The notes beneath the pieces are model-generated. The model made no database searches. It was given only the letters and a program-made list of their open reading frames with translations, and was not told where the DNA came from. Made by a program: the position numbers and the translations under genes. A stretch of DNA of 64,000 nt from Lytechinus pictus. Lineage: Eukaryota. This document shows, piece after piece, positions 27,941 to 41,032 of the stretch; within the stretch, counting starts at the first letter, position 1, and every line of letters begins with the position of its first letter. The stretch is taken from NCBI RefSeq assembly GCF_037042905.1, contig NC_087251.1:13704001-13768000 (forward strand), in the 5' to 3' direction.

Positions 27941-30900
27941 TAATTGTTCATGCACTGTGCCACTGTCATAAATTGAGCTTCGCTTCAACATTGGTGCCAA
28001 ATGTGTTGTGCCATATGATTTTGTTAGCTAAAAAGAGAAATATTATGACTTATACCTGAGTAAATACTAATGGTAACATGTAGGCCCATATCTACCATTG
28101 GTGATGGTGTTGAGACAAACTATATTGTACAGTATATTCCATTTATTAGGGTATGACATTTCAGAATATTAAATTTCCAATATTGGTTTGATATGCTTTA
28201 TAGGTAATTAAATTATTCAAACATTGATGGCTGAATCACAGCCAGCATGTTGCCACAACCCTTAGTCTCCCTATGGGGAAATCCAAGAATTGCATTAAGT
28301 CTGGAAGACATGATATGGCCTCTTTGAGCCCATTTCATCAATAAAATGAGTTTTCAATAAAAATTTGCATTCTACTTTTTAAAGTCTGAAAGCTCTCAAG
28401 TCTCAACAAAAATATAAAAGTATAAGTTGGTTGTTAGTCAGAGCAAAGTACATGTAGGCCTAAATATATTTATGGGGGGGGGGGCATTCTGACAAAATAC
28501 AGACAGAAGGCAGACTAGAGCTCAAATTCCAAAATCCCTATGAGTTATCCCCTAAAAACCCACAACATTCCTATATACTATGTCATGATCACATTCATCA
28601 TAAATGAGCAGAAACCAGGTTCCCTGTTTGATGGTATTTGATGAAACTTTCCTTGAACCTGATTACTTGTTAGGCTGCATTCAATCAACAGTTTTTTATT
28701 ACTATAAAACATGAAATTCAAAGATATTTAGTTCAAACAGAGATTGTGTTCAAGCGCTTTTACATCGGTCGGAAATCTTCTGGAAGATGGTTCTGCATAT
28801 ACTTCGCTAAGAATCGATTAAAAGCAATGGAACATGAAACAATAACATTAATGTCATAGCCTGATTCCAGTTCAAATAAACATACATTGCATGCTTAAAT
28901 TATTCTACAGTCGTACTTCCTATAAAGTCAAATTGCACTCTACAATAGTGGGTGGGCTTTATTGAATGAAAGATAAAGCAACTTGGATGAAAAATTGTTT
29001 GAATGCTACTCCAGAAGTGACCATGATTTGGATTTTGATGTATGGTTCATGTTTGTGATTCTAGCTTGAGAGGAGTATGGATTGAATTCAACCTCAGAGG
29101 GAAGGTGGTAGTTGGGGTAATAAATCTCAACCATTCATTTAAATCACTTTCAGACAACAGGTGCATTTACAACAACATGAAGGAAAAGATAAAGATTTGG
29201 AGGGGGGGGGGTAAAGTATACCAACTAAGGGCCTTTTCACACATGAATATTGAATCATCATTGTAATGATTATTACAATTCGTCTTTAGAATCATCGGAC
29301 CTTTCACAAGGAAAATTTGTACCGTAATTTGAGTGAAACTCAAACTGTGATTAGCGTTGGTGATTCTAGTTTGGTTTCACACATGCTAAAAATTTGTAAT
29401 TACCGGTAGCCTTATTTTTCACTGGAATCATTATACGAATTGCAATTTGTTTTTACCGTGTGAAAGGGTGGTTTGTCTGAGCCATGGCTCTCATGAACTA
29501 GACTCTACATATTATAGGTTCCACCCCCTTTCTGAAAAAAAATGAGAAAAACAGAGAAAACTACATTGCAAAGGTATTCATAAATGGTTCCAAGGTGAAC
29601 TACACTTTGTTAACTGATTTATGAAGTACAAAAGGTCAGCTTGTCTGTACAGAACTAGTTTTTATGACAAACTTTAAAAAATACTATCAATTATCATTGA
29701 TGTAAACTATTAAATATATTCTATTATTTCAAGTCAGTTTTGAAGATCAGATCAGATTTAACACTTGCACACTATGAATCATCCATGCACTTTTCAGGAA
29801 ATAAAACTCAATATCAAAGATGGAAAAAACCCAGAAGTCATGTCACCATATAGGCCTACATGTAGGTATATAATTTAGACCTACATATATACGTGTATTA
29901 TACAAGTAAAGCTAAACCAAGGATTGGTTTAAACATGGAATGATATTGACCCCGTATAAAAAGCCCATGGGGCTATAGGTTATAGCTTCTACATCTTAAG
30001 GCATCTTATATAATAAACTGGTAAATTACATCTTGGTCGGCATTTATCACAAATAGACATGGAAATGGAATTCACAAATAGGCCTGTATACACATTACAC
30101 TGTCCTAATTCACTCCTAAATAAATATGCCAACCAATGTCAACCATACAGCCTAATGTATGTATTAAATCTACATTGTACAACCTACAACAGATTCACAA
30201 TGTTGCGCTTGTCCCAATGACTATCTGCGTACTATGATGTAAGATGGACATTTAATCAGGGATATTTCCCGATCTAATCTAACCATTCACTATTGTCCTA
30301 TTGATTACTTTCTAATAAAGTTATGCAATTCCATCAACCTTCACTTTACATACTAATTGACTCAATTTAGTACACAAAGCAACTAGTACAACTACATGTA
30401 CCAGGGCCTATAATTTTTAACTATCAATCTTTGTTTGAAATATATTCTTTGTCAGATCCAAGTATAGATGGAATGGATATTTTTGGAGAGGGAAAAACAA
30501 GATTGAAATTATGAAACATAACATTTTAAAATATCACTATCAACTTTAAAAAAAAAGTATAATCATGAAACAAACTGACTTTATAAGCGTATACAAATAA
30601 GCCTTACAAATTCAAAGTACCAGCAACTGAATATTGAGTATGCCCTCTTTAACTGTAATAACAAACAATATCTGATTTCTGTTATTACTTTCTCATATTC
30701 AATTCCGATTTCACACTACAAATAAATCTAATATGACAGATGCAGCTCATATCACGGATATGAAAACATCACAAGCTTTTATTACAATGTACACCTTCAG
30801 ACTCAGCTATGCTTGTTCTGTGTAAATGATCAAAGGTTAGTCAATATGAATCAAGTATGCAAATAAATTTGTTTTCACATCAAACACTCAATAGAAAAGT

Positions 30901-31702
30901 CTTTCTCAAGTTTAATACATTGTATGCCAGTAACAATTGGACTCTGCAGCCTTGGAACAATATTCAACAAGTTTAAAGTCGATTGCATTTGTTGGGGATA
31001 TCCCCAGACAAAAAATATAACTAATGAGCTGGATTTTTCTCTCCCTGCTTCTCCTTTCTTCCTAAATTTTTCCTCCTTCTTCCCCTTTTTTATTCATTCA
31101 TTTATATTTTTTTACGGGGGGGGGGGGGGGCATGGATACCTTGGAGATTTACTCCTTATGCCTGTTGTATTTATAACTGAAAGACTTTGCAAAATGTGTA
31201 AGCTATAAAATATGCACAGCCTCCTTATCTTACCAAACCATGGAAGGCAAAGCCATAATTCCCATCTATTAATTTTTGTACAGTGAATGACCGACGAGGG
31301 GTTGTCTCCATCCCAGTGATCCCACATTACCCCCCCCCCCCCATTCCAATCAAATCATGTGGGCTACATGTAGGACAAGCAAGGTATGTGAGCTATGTGG
31401 TTTACATCAAAACAGAAAACAAATATTCAGTCAATCTGTGTTTACCATCATAAATCTGTTCAAGCTTATCCATATTTATAAAACATTCCTGTATTTTATA
31501 GTAAACAAATATTTTCTGCTAAGAGGAATAATACTGTATGTCTCATGTCCTGCTGTGTAGGTTGGCTGATCCGAGGGTTGTCCTACATGTATTGTAGGCC
31601 TAAACGGGCACCCATCACATGATCTTCAAGACCCTATAAAGAAATAATGTTCATATAGGCTTATCATGTGCAAATGTAGGGCCTTGTGGTCCTATTGTAG
31701 TG

Positions 31703-31862
31703 TAGTCTGCTGTGCAAACCCTTCACTAGAGTTACGGGTCTGAATGTGCAGCCTATAATGCCTTTTATACTGAAGGCCCTCTTGCCCAGCATTGAACAGC
31801 AAGTTTGTATACACGTGCTAGTCTTTGCGTGGAGACCCATTTGTTGATCAAAGTTTCAATCA
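31703..31862. mobile_element. Truncated inverted copy of the 35562-35726 MITE
   Basis: Starts TAGTCTGCTGTGCAAACCC and aligns by eye to the reverse complement of ~35582-35726. Confidence 0.65.
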
Positions 31863-32236
31863 ATTTGTTTCCGATACTTGTTAAGGTTCGGGTTTCACAC
31901 GCCAATACTTGTTAAGGGGTGCATTTCCAGAATATGGAAAATATTTGTTTAGGGTGCTTTTTGAGACCCCCCCCCCCCTCCCCCCGCCCGGCAAATGTTA
32001 CAAAATCCTTTATTTCGCATCAAATTTGGTTATTTGTGCACAGAATGTAGGCCTACATGCAGGCAGAAGGTTACAATCATCAAAACGTGAATGTGTTTTG
32101 TTTCAGCCTGGACCTCAAGATGTTGAGAGAACATTTGAAGGATACATTTGTTTAGCAGGATTACAGCTCAAATCCAAAAATCATTCCCATTTTATTCAAG
32201 AACCCTCACACTGCACACTTAAAAAAGGCATGTCAC

Positions 32237-32755
32237 CCCGGGGGGGGGGGGGGGCACTCAGTATATAATGCATAGTGGGTATGTGCCGCGGAGGGGACCC
32301 CCATTTTTACACTCAAATTTCCGTTCCAAGGCATAGCATTTCTGTCTTTTTGAGAAAAAGAACAAAGAAAGCCGCTCCAAGGCATAGCATTTCCTTCTTA
32401 TCGAGAAAAAAGAAGAAATAAATCCGCTCCAAAGCTTCGCATATTTTACGCCGTTCCGGTCGCATTGATAAGCGGCCGTAGAGCGCTTTTCGACCATCGC
32501 CTAAGCGCGAGCGCACCCTGCCGCGCTAGCTGCGTCATGCACGATTGCCCGTTCCATAGGGATGCATACGCACTCACAGAGATACGGAGATCCGTTCCGA
32601 GGACCCCCGTTTTCACAAACATTTGTAGTTCCGAAGCCCGTTCCGAGGACCCTCCTTTTTACAATAAGCCCGCTCCAAGGCCCCCGTTTTTTGCCTCGCC
32701 CGCGGCACACCCCTACCACTTTTTTGGTCGAGTGCCCCCCCCCCCCCCCCCCGGG
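32237..32755. mobile_element. 519-bp element with poly-G/poly-C TIRs and 8-bp TSD
   Basis: CCC(G)nCACTC...GAGTG(C)nGGG. Perfect TSD CATGTCAC at 32229-36 and 32756-63. Confidence 0.87.
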
Positions 32756-33721
32756 CATGTCACTGGCAAATACTGGTCTGGATAGTTTGATTATACCAAC
32801 CAATGTTCAGGATGATATGATGGGAAATTAAATCATAATCCACTTCTCCAATCATACACACCATGCTAAATATAATACTTGGAGGTGATAAAGCTCAAAG
32901 CCTGTGTTGGCAGCAAAAGAGAAATTAATCTTTAACGGGTGTCCTGAAATTATTGGCCTTGAATGTAAAGATATGAGTGCAAGATCATCTGACAGTCGTG
33001 CTTTTATTTCTATTGCATCTCATCACATTTTATATATGTACATGGATGGGCTTTCAAAGTGGGGGGCTGGGGCTGACCATGCAAAAAATCACAATCATAT
33101 GGTCATTTTTAAGTTTTTGTACACAGTTTTAGAAAAAAGTGGGGGAGGGGGGGGGGGGGCTTTCATGCCCCCTGACATGTATGTATGTATGTCAGGGTAG
33201 TTGACAGTGGACAAATTCTCAACACTTCTGACAATCTTTGGGTAAAGGGGACTTTCATTATTTTCACATATATACACAACTTAATGGTTGAATGAGAGTG
33301 TATTACTGATTCAATTTTGCCCGCTGTTTGTGTATACATGTACATGTAATTCATCTTGATCAGGAATATTAAATTCAAAGCAACAGATTTTGCTGTTGTC
33401 CTGTTCATGACTGTGTATGACAGGACTTCTGTATTATCATACAAACTGTATCCTGATGTTACAGTTTGAGGACCTACAACAACTGAGTTTCTAGTTTTGT
33501 TAAAGTGGACATCCTTGAAACTTTGAAGAGATGCAATGCTTCATATTCATTGTGATTTGGGCGAGATGTCCCTGAAGCTTTCAAACCTGAAAGGGTCATT
33601 TTGACAGAAAGGAGCAGAAAATAACCTTTTTACAATGTTGTGGTGCAAGGGTGATCAAAATCATCACCAACACATTTTGGAATTTGGACTAAAAATACCA
33701 TAAAGAAACTTATCAATATCA

Positions 33722-33746
33722 GTGTGTGTGTGTGTGTGTGTGTGTG
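33722..33746. repeat. (GT)n microsatellite followed by poly-G
   Basis: Directly visible. Confidence 0.9.
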
Positions 33747-34445
33747 GGGAGGGGGGGGGGGCTATAGTTTTCTTGCTCCAAATTTGGAACATTGGCACAG
33801 AAACAATTTTGCACCTGCTTGCTGCACAACAGCATTGAATCTGACTATTCGACCAAGAGCATGGAACTGGTCCGTTGTGTAATTGCAGAAAGGCATGAGA
33901 ATTGAAATTGATTTAGAAGTATCGAGGTAGAAATTTTTCCACAGGCAGGGATATGGGTTGCACATGGATTAAATGATCTATAGGCAACTGCCCTTCTTGA
34001 CAATAGGACAAATTGAGTTTCAATCTGTTCCAACATCTTACAAAAATAAGTATATCCAGGGCATCTTTTTTTTTTATAAAACACTAATCCTGTTAAAGTG
34101 TATGAGATAAAACATCATGATATTGACATCTATGTAGGTATGCATGTTAATGACAGATCGTAAAATTACATTGTTGTACTTGCTTCCGTTTTTGACAAAG
34201 TAGGGCAGCATATACACTTAAAATGAGATTTCTAAAATGTAATCAAGTATTAAAAGTGAGTAATCACAGATAAATTCTTTACTCAATTATACTTTTTAAA
34301 AGTAGGCCTACATATAGTCTGAACACTTTGAGAGTTTAAAACATTTGATAAACATGTAGGCCTAATAAAATAAAACTTTAGATATTGTGAAGTTTGTGTA
34401 ATAATGAAAATGTAAGTAACGGTACATGAAAAAGATGTCACTTTG

Positions 34446-34740
34446 ACACCTTTCTCATTGAACTTTCTAAAACTGGTTCACTGGAAACCGATTCAGGAAA
34501 CCCGTTTGGAAGATCGCTTTTCTGGCGTTCCTATATGATCATCCGAAAGTGGTTTCCAAAACCACTTCATGTAGAGCGGTCTTGTTGCAATAGGAACACT
34601 CTCAGTGGGGTGACATGTTTGGCGCAAAATTTGAAACTGTGGCGTAGGCATTCTACATACAGTGTGTGGAGTAGCGTGCTCAAAATGTGCGAAGATTGCT
34701 TCCCGAAGAACGGTTGTGTCCTCACTTACGCTAAAACCAG
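34446..34740. mobile_element. Diverged, truncated copy of MITE family B
   Basis: Colinear with ~8746-9040 (shared CTCAAAATGTGCGAAGAT...CTCACTTACGCTAAAACCA). Right TIR missing. Confidence 0.78.
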
Positions 34741-35561
34741 TTTAAAACATTAAATTTTATATGCACTTTGTCAGTTCTAAATTTTTTAAATAAAAATTAT
34801 AGGCCCACATATTGATTCAAGTCACTCAAATTCTCCAGTAAAGCCTGACTTCATGTACTTGAAATACAGAAAATCACACTAGACCCTGATCTGTTTGAGA
34901 TCGAGTGTAATGAATATATATCTTCAGTTAATACATGCAACTATTCTGATTTCAGCATGATTTCAACAAAAAAGTGCTAAGCTCCTAACAATGGCTGTAA
35001 AGAAAGAGTAGACATTTTACTCTGCCAAGCAGGACCATAGAAATTGTTGTACTGTTGTTGTGGTCCTTTTTATAAGCCCCAGTGGAATGTTTGTTTCTGA
35101 GCTTAGCATTGTTGTATGGACAGAGAAAAACCAAGTTATGCATAAGATGAGATTTACAAAGTGTACTTCTTACTGACTCTACCCATCTTGAACAAGTTTG
35201 TGAAAGTACAACTAATACAAGAAGAGGGTATTCATGCAAGTTTGAATGCATGAAGATGTATAATGGGGCAAGCATATTATGGGCTCATATTTGACACAGA
35301 TGCTTGAACAAGTCTTGAAATTGAATTGGAAATCCAATTTTTCAAAGCACTTAATATGTTGAGGGTTCAGCCTTTTTGATTCTAGATCTATTTCATCTGA
35401 AAGTTCTTACTTTTATTGAAAATTTAAAAAGGAATTTAAGTGTTTCAGAATTAAAAAAATATGAGGCATTAACAGCACAGGAAATCCATTTAGCTTAATG
35501 TGGACATTACACACAGATATTATTGACTATAATACTGCCGGCTTTAATCACGCAGTAAGCC

Positions 35562-35726
35562 TGGTCTGCAGGCACAGACCCTGATTGAAACTTTGATCAA
35601 CAAGTATATCTCCATGCAAAGACTAGCACATACAAAACTTGCTGGTTCATGGCCTTCAGTACACAAGGCATGAGTAGGCTGCAATTCAGACCCTTTACTC
35701 GAGTGAAGGGTTTGCACAGCAGACTA
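35562..35726. mobile_element. Older AcademH-like MITE with degenerate 9-bp TSD
   Basis: Ends TGGTCTGCAGGCACAGACCC...GGGTTTGCACAGCAGACTA. Flanks CAGTAAGCC and CAGTTTGCC (2 mismatches). An inverted partial copy lies at 31703-31862. Confidence 0.6.
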
Positions 35727-36351
35727 CAGTTTGCCCCTCTTTACATGAAGGTATGACAACAAATTCAAGCTTTTGCCAAATGCCTGATTTTTCTTTAATG
35801 CTTTATTCATTGTATGCATTGGCCAAAAAGCTGTAAAATTTTTTGATGATGCAAATCATTTTCATAAAAGGATTTCAAAGCATTTATGATCACAAAAAAG
35901 AAATCACAATAATAGAAATTACCGTAATCACCCAACTGAAATAGGAATGTTGCAAACGCAAATGAAATATTTTCTGAACTACATGTACATGTAGTATGAC
36001 GAAAACCATTACAGGCAGCCTAATATTTTTTCTCATATTTAAAGGAATTACAGGTATCATTACGTTTCAACATTTCCAATGGAGCATGCACATACACTGT
36101 AACATGTAGACCATGACAGTACTATGCACAATCCCTTGTTTATTACAGATTCATTGCAAATAAAGGCCTTTCTTGCTGCTTCATCCATGTGAAGCTCATA
36201 AATATTTATGATGTAAAGGAATACAACTGCAATCTAAAATTATCAATGCTGATAATGATCAACAGTATTTGGCTGAACAAGAAAACACCATTGTGACAGT
36301 CTGTGGAAAGTATTCATGGGGAAAAGATAAGGTTCTCTATAACTAATATTA

Positions 36352-36751
36352 TACCCCTTTCATAAACCCAATAAAACCTATCCTCCAATTAGCCGCCTAA
36401 GAGTAATGCGGATAATTCAATAAAAATTGCGTTCAGAAACTCCGAAAATTATCCGCATTATTTTTACGAGCGCCCGTCCTGAAAAAGGCGGATAATCGTC
36501 ATGACAACTGGACACGCCCCCTCCGATGCGGTTGTGTTGGAAAAGGGTGACCTTGTGACCGCACCATGGCAATTATCCGCATTATTTGGAAATACCTTCA
36601 TAAACTCAAAATCTTGTCCCGATGCCGCTATTATGCGGATAATAGCAGCATCAGAATAATGCGGATAACTCTTGTCCTCCTCTGATTTTACGACCAAATT
36701 ATGCTGCTATTAGCCGCATAATTGGGTTTTATTGGGTTTATGAAAGGGGTA
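36352..36751. mobile_element. PIF/Harbinger-like MITE family A, copy 4 (long-TIR subfamily)
   Basis: TIR extended by AATAAAAC, TTA/TTA TSD. Confidence 0.9.
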
Positions 36752-36771
36752 TTAGAAATATATGTTTAGGC

Positions 36772-36985
36772 GGTGACACGACATTTGCTCCTGCGACAAT
36801 TGCTCCGGTCTTAATATCTCAGAATGCATAGGATTAGAGTTAGGATTGTAATAGAGTTTTTGGTTCAGAATAATGTAAAGATAAGGATTAGGGTTTATTT
36901 AGTTTTTGAGGTTAGGTTTTATGTTCCGTTTAATGTGCAAACTTTCCAACGGAGCAATTGTTGCCGGAGCAAATGTCATGGAACC
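36772..36985. mobile_element. 214-bp MITE with 8-bp TSD and GG...CC termini (Merlin/MULE-like)
   Basis: Ends GGTGACACGACATTTGCTCC...GGAGCAAATGTCATGGAACC. Flanks GTTTAGGC / GTTAAGGC. Internal degenerate TTAGG motifs. Confidence 0.72.
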
Positions 36986-38066
36986 GTTAAGGCACCTCTG
37001 CCAGTAAATTTTTTTCTTCAGTAAAAGAATTAAGGGGCCTACACCTTACATGAAAAGGAATGAATGGAAAGATAATTTTGATAAAATGTAACCATGGAAA
37101 ATTTCAAGAAAACTATAGGCCCATGCATTCAGTATTACCTTGTCTAAAATCATCATCATCAACTATCCCCACACCCTCCTCCAAAAAATGAAAATTAAAA
37201 AAATCACTCGCATCTACATCATACATGTATGTCATCCAATTATCTAATTCTATCCCAACCGGTGATGAGTTCTCTTCAGATCATAGCAATCCAAGGTCAC
37301 TTCATTTTCAGTGTTTTGCAGACCGACCTTGCTGCATTATGGTAAATGTCTATAATCCCCTCTATTTTCATCCCCAAACAGGAGATTAAAAGCAAAATAT
37401 AGCTCATGTCCCAGTCCTAAATACTAGTCTGCACTTGCAATTTGCAAACTCTTTTTAGGCCTATTTTACTCATAACAGTGGAACTGAATAGAGAAGCATT
37501 GGGATTGTGAGCTGCTCCAAAAAAAAAATAAACAGCAACTTGGACCTTGCACTAAACTTCTCTCAAGACTTTAGGGCCTGCTTATTGATTAAACTGAGTA
37601 TAAGGGTCTGCCCCTACAGACTATTTCAAGCCCTATCAAGTGACTTGTAATGAGGTAATCCCTGTGTAGAGCAATTGCTTCCACTAAATTAATACACTGC
37701 ATGAACATATCATAAATTGATAGACTGATAATTATTGCTGTATAAAAAAAAACCTCTGTAGCCAATTACATCAAATGATTTAGGTTCATACAAGTCACAT
37801 TTGCAAATCACTTCATAAACAAAGGGATATTATTTTTATTACATTATTAAGTTACTGAGAACCTAGATTGATCTGTGAGTCCCCTTTTAAAAAAGTACAT
37901 TGCACTTGGACTGGATAGTCAGCCTATTAATACTTGTCTGGCTCCTGCTATTGATCAGTTTAATTTCTTAAATAATCATGTATAAGTGGGAAAAATAATG
38001 AAAAACATTGATAAAACAAGACAAAAATTCAGACAAAAGTTAGGCCTTACAGATTAAGATACAATA

Positions 38067-38082
38067 TAAATATATATATATA

Positions 38083-38114
<32 letters not shown>
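38067..38114. repeat. Interrupted (TA)n microsatellite
   Basis: Directly visible. Confidence 0.9.
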
Positions 38115-38117
<3 letters not shown>

Positions 38118-38191
38118 TTCCCATTATGCAAATTAAAAATCATTCTGCTACACACATCTAAAATGTATGTATGTGAATATGAATTTCTTAA

Positions 38192-38723
38192 AGGTCAAGT
38201 CCACCCCAGATAAATGTTGATTTTAATGAATAGAGAAAAATCAAACAATCATTATGCTGAAAATTTCATGTAAAATAAGAAAGTTATGACATTTTAAAGC
38301 TTTGCTTATTTTTCACAAAACTGATATGCACAGCTCAGTGACATGCAAATGGGACAGGCGATGACGTCTATCACTCACTATTTCTTTTGTTTTTTATTGT
38401 TTGAATTATACAATATTTCATTTTTTACAGATTTTACATTAAGGACCAACTTGATTGAATCATATAGCATTAAACAATACTAATTGCACATGTTCAGGGA
38501 GGAATTAATCGTTGTTTCACTCGACAACAGGGAGAAAATTTGGAATATTTCATATAATAAAATACAAAAGAAATAGTGAGTGAGTGATGTCATCAGTCTC
38601 CTCATTTGCATACCCACAAGGATGTGAATATAACTGTTGATTTTGATGAAATTTTCAGTGTTATGCTTCTTGGATTTTTCTCTTTTTATTCGAATCAACT
38701 TTTTGTTGGGGTGGACTTGTCCT
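38192..38723. mobile_element. Kolobok-like MITE family E, copy 1
   Basis: TIR AGG(T/A)CAAGTCCACCCCA, TTAA/TTAA TSD. Confidence 0.85.
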
Positions 38724-39131
38724 TTAAAGCACAAAGGATTAGAATAAAAAGAGATATTCCTTGAAGTTGAAGCGTGTAGGCCTACAACATGTACAGGTGA
38801 CAACATTTTTAAGATGATACTAGATAAACCTGGAGCCCTGACTTTTCCTGTACCATGTACACGTATGAGTCTTTCTTTTGACAGGAAATAGAGAAAAAAT
38901 ACAAGCAATGCAATAAACTTCTTTTTATAGGTCAAAGTTGTGAAAAAAGGGGTTTACAGAAGAGTCTTTGGGCTTTACAAGTCTGATAAAATAATTACTG
39001 TAGTGTAAATCATATCCTTTTACACAAGAGTGACATTGTGAAGAAAGAATTTTGTTCAACATTGAAGTCTCATAAAATACTACTAGTACAAATAATGAAA
39101 TGTACACTAGCTTGAGATTCAACAAACTTAA

Positions 39132-39732
39132 AGGAGAATGAAACCCTTGAAACCAGCTGAATCCATATCAAAGAGAAAAATCAAAGAAACATATATTGTT
39201 GAAAGTTTGAGGAAGATTGAATGAATAATAAGAAAGTTATGAGCATTTGAATATTGAGATCACTAATGCCATGTAGTTCCTCCCATTGGCAATGCGACCA
39301 AGATCTGTGATGTCACACACGTACAACTCCCTCATTACTTTAGTACTCATTTCACTTACATTCTCACTTTTATAGAGTCTGATTTTATAGAGTCTATCAC
39401 AAGGTGAGGTGTTCTCTTTATGAGAGGACAAGTACAGAGGTTTCACAACATTATATCATTGATAAATCATTTGTCATATGATTAGAATGAGCAAAAAGAG
39501 ATGTTTTGGGGTATATTTTCAGTGTCCAAAAGGGGAGAGTTGTTCATCTGTGACATCATAGATCTTGGTCGCATTGCCAATGGGAGGATCTCCATAGCAT
39601 TAGTGATCTCGACATTCAAATGCTCATAACTCTTCTATTGCTAGTCCTATTTTACTCAAACTTTTGTTGATCTTATTCTTTGATTTTTCTGCTTTCACAA
39701 AAGCTAACTTGCTCCAAGAGTTTCATTCTCCT
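39132..39732. mobile_element. Kolobok-like MITE family D, copy 2 (inverted relative to copy 1)
   Basis: Same TIR and TTAA TSD. Reverse complement of copy 1 with a short internal duplication at ~39367-39395. Confidence 0.88.
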
Positions 39733-39808
39733 TTAAATCTATCCACCAAGGATTATTCCTTGTCTTTTTTCTTGGGGGGAGGGGGATGGAGGCTGCCTAC
39801 AAGCCCTA

Positions 39809-40005
39809 CACTGTAAAAATGCTGATTAAAATTTTAAGCACATTGTTTAAGCCCGAAACTCTAACAACTACAGTATTATTCCAAAAAAGTTAAAACGACC
39901 AATTGTTATAGTGACAGGCTTAATCTATGTGCTAAATTTTTCATTTTATTCTTACAATCAGAACTTGATCTGCACAACGGTTTGTAGGTGTTTATTTTAA
40001 CAGTG
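39809..40005. mobile_element. Degenerate CACTG-ended MITE
   Basis: TA|CACTGTAAAAAT...ATTTTAACAGTG. Weak internal symmetry. Confidence 0.45.
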
Positions 40006-40214
40006 TTTGCATTCTAAAAGAATATTGAACTTCGAATTTGTAATTAGCCTACTATCACACTTTTTTCCTATTCATATTTTTATTGGGTACTCAAAAGTGA
40101 CGTACTTGTTCTTTTTTTAGTTACTCTGGATTGCAATAGCTATGAAAAGACCTTTAAAATAATATGAATGGTTATTACAAATGGTTCTTTCAAGTTTCAT
40201 TCATGCTTGCTATA

Positions 40215-41032
40215 CAGTGCATCCCAGAAAAAACGAAACCGAGATTTAGCGATGATTTATCATAACTTAATCATAAATAAAATAGACAAATGACCTACCA
40301 ATGTAAAGCTTAGAATCTCCTCTTTCATCTGGTATTACTTAGATTATTCCTCATTCACGCATGATTGAGCAAAAACAATTCGAAGAAAGGATGCCAAAAA
40401 CTCATTTGGCGGGGGGTATCTGAATTTCAAAAAGAAAATCACATGACTAAAAAGTTCAATATCTTCTCTTTTCTTTGATACCTAAATCACAGAAAATGGT
40501 CAAGTAGTAAAAAAGTTATGATCCCTCGAAACAATGCTTGTATTTCCATAATTTCATTAAATAAACGTGTTTTCACCGGTTTCCCCCTTAAGCTATCACA
40601 CGGCAACAAAAGACTTAATGCATGGCTGATCGTCAACAAAACGGAGTGTCGAGTGAGTTTGAACGCTAGCCTGTAAAACCTCTTCATTTTATGAAATTAT
40701 TGAAATTCAAGCCTTATTTCAAATAACCAGAACTTTGTTATTTCTTGACCATTTTCTGTAATTGAGGTATCAAATTAAAGAGCAGATATTGAACTTTTTT
40801 AAAATGTGGTTTTCTTTTTAAAACCCAGATACGGCCCGCCAAGTGACTTTTTGGTATCCCCTTTTCAAATTGTTTTTGCTCACTCATGCGTGAATGAGAA
40901 ATAATCTAACTAATTTCAGATGAAAGAAGAGATTCTAAGCTTTAAAATGGTAGGTCATTTGTCTATTGTATTTGCGATTAAGTTATGATAAATCATCGAT
41001 AAATCTCGGTTTCGTTTTTGTGGGACGCACTG
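40215..41032. mobile_element. Tc1/mariner-like MITE with long (~300 bp) imperfect TIRs
   Basis: TA|CAGTGCATCCCA...TGGGACGCACTG|TA. The inverted arms extend several hundred bp. Confidence 0.88.
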
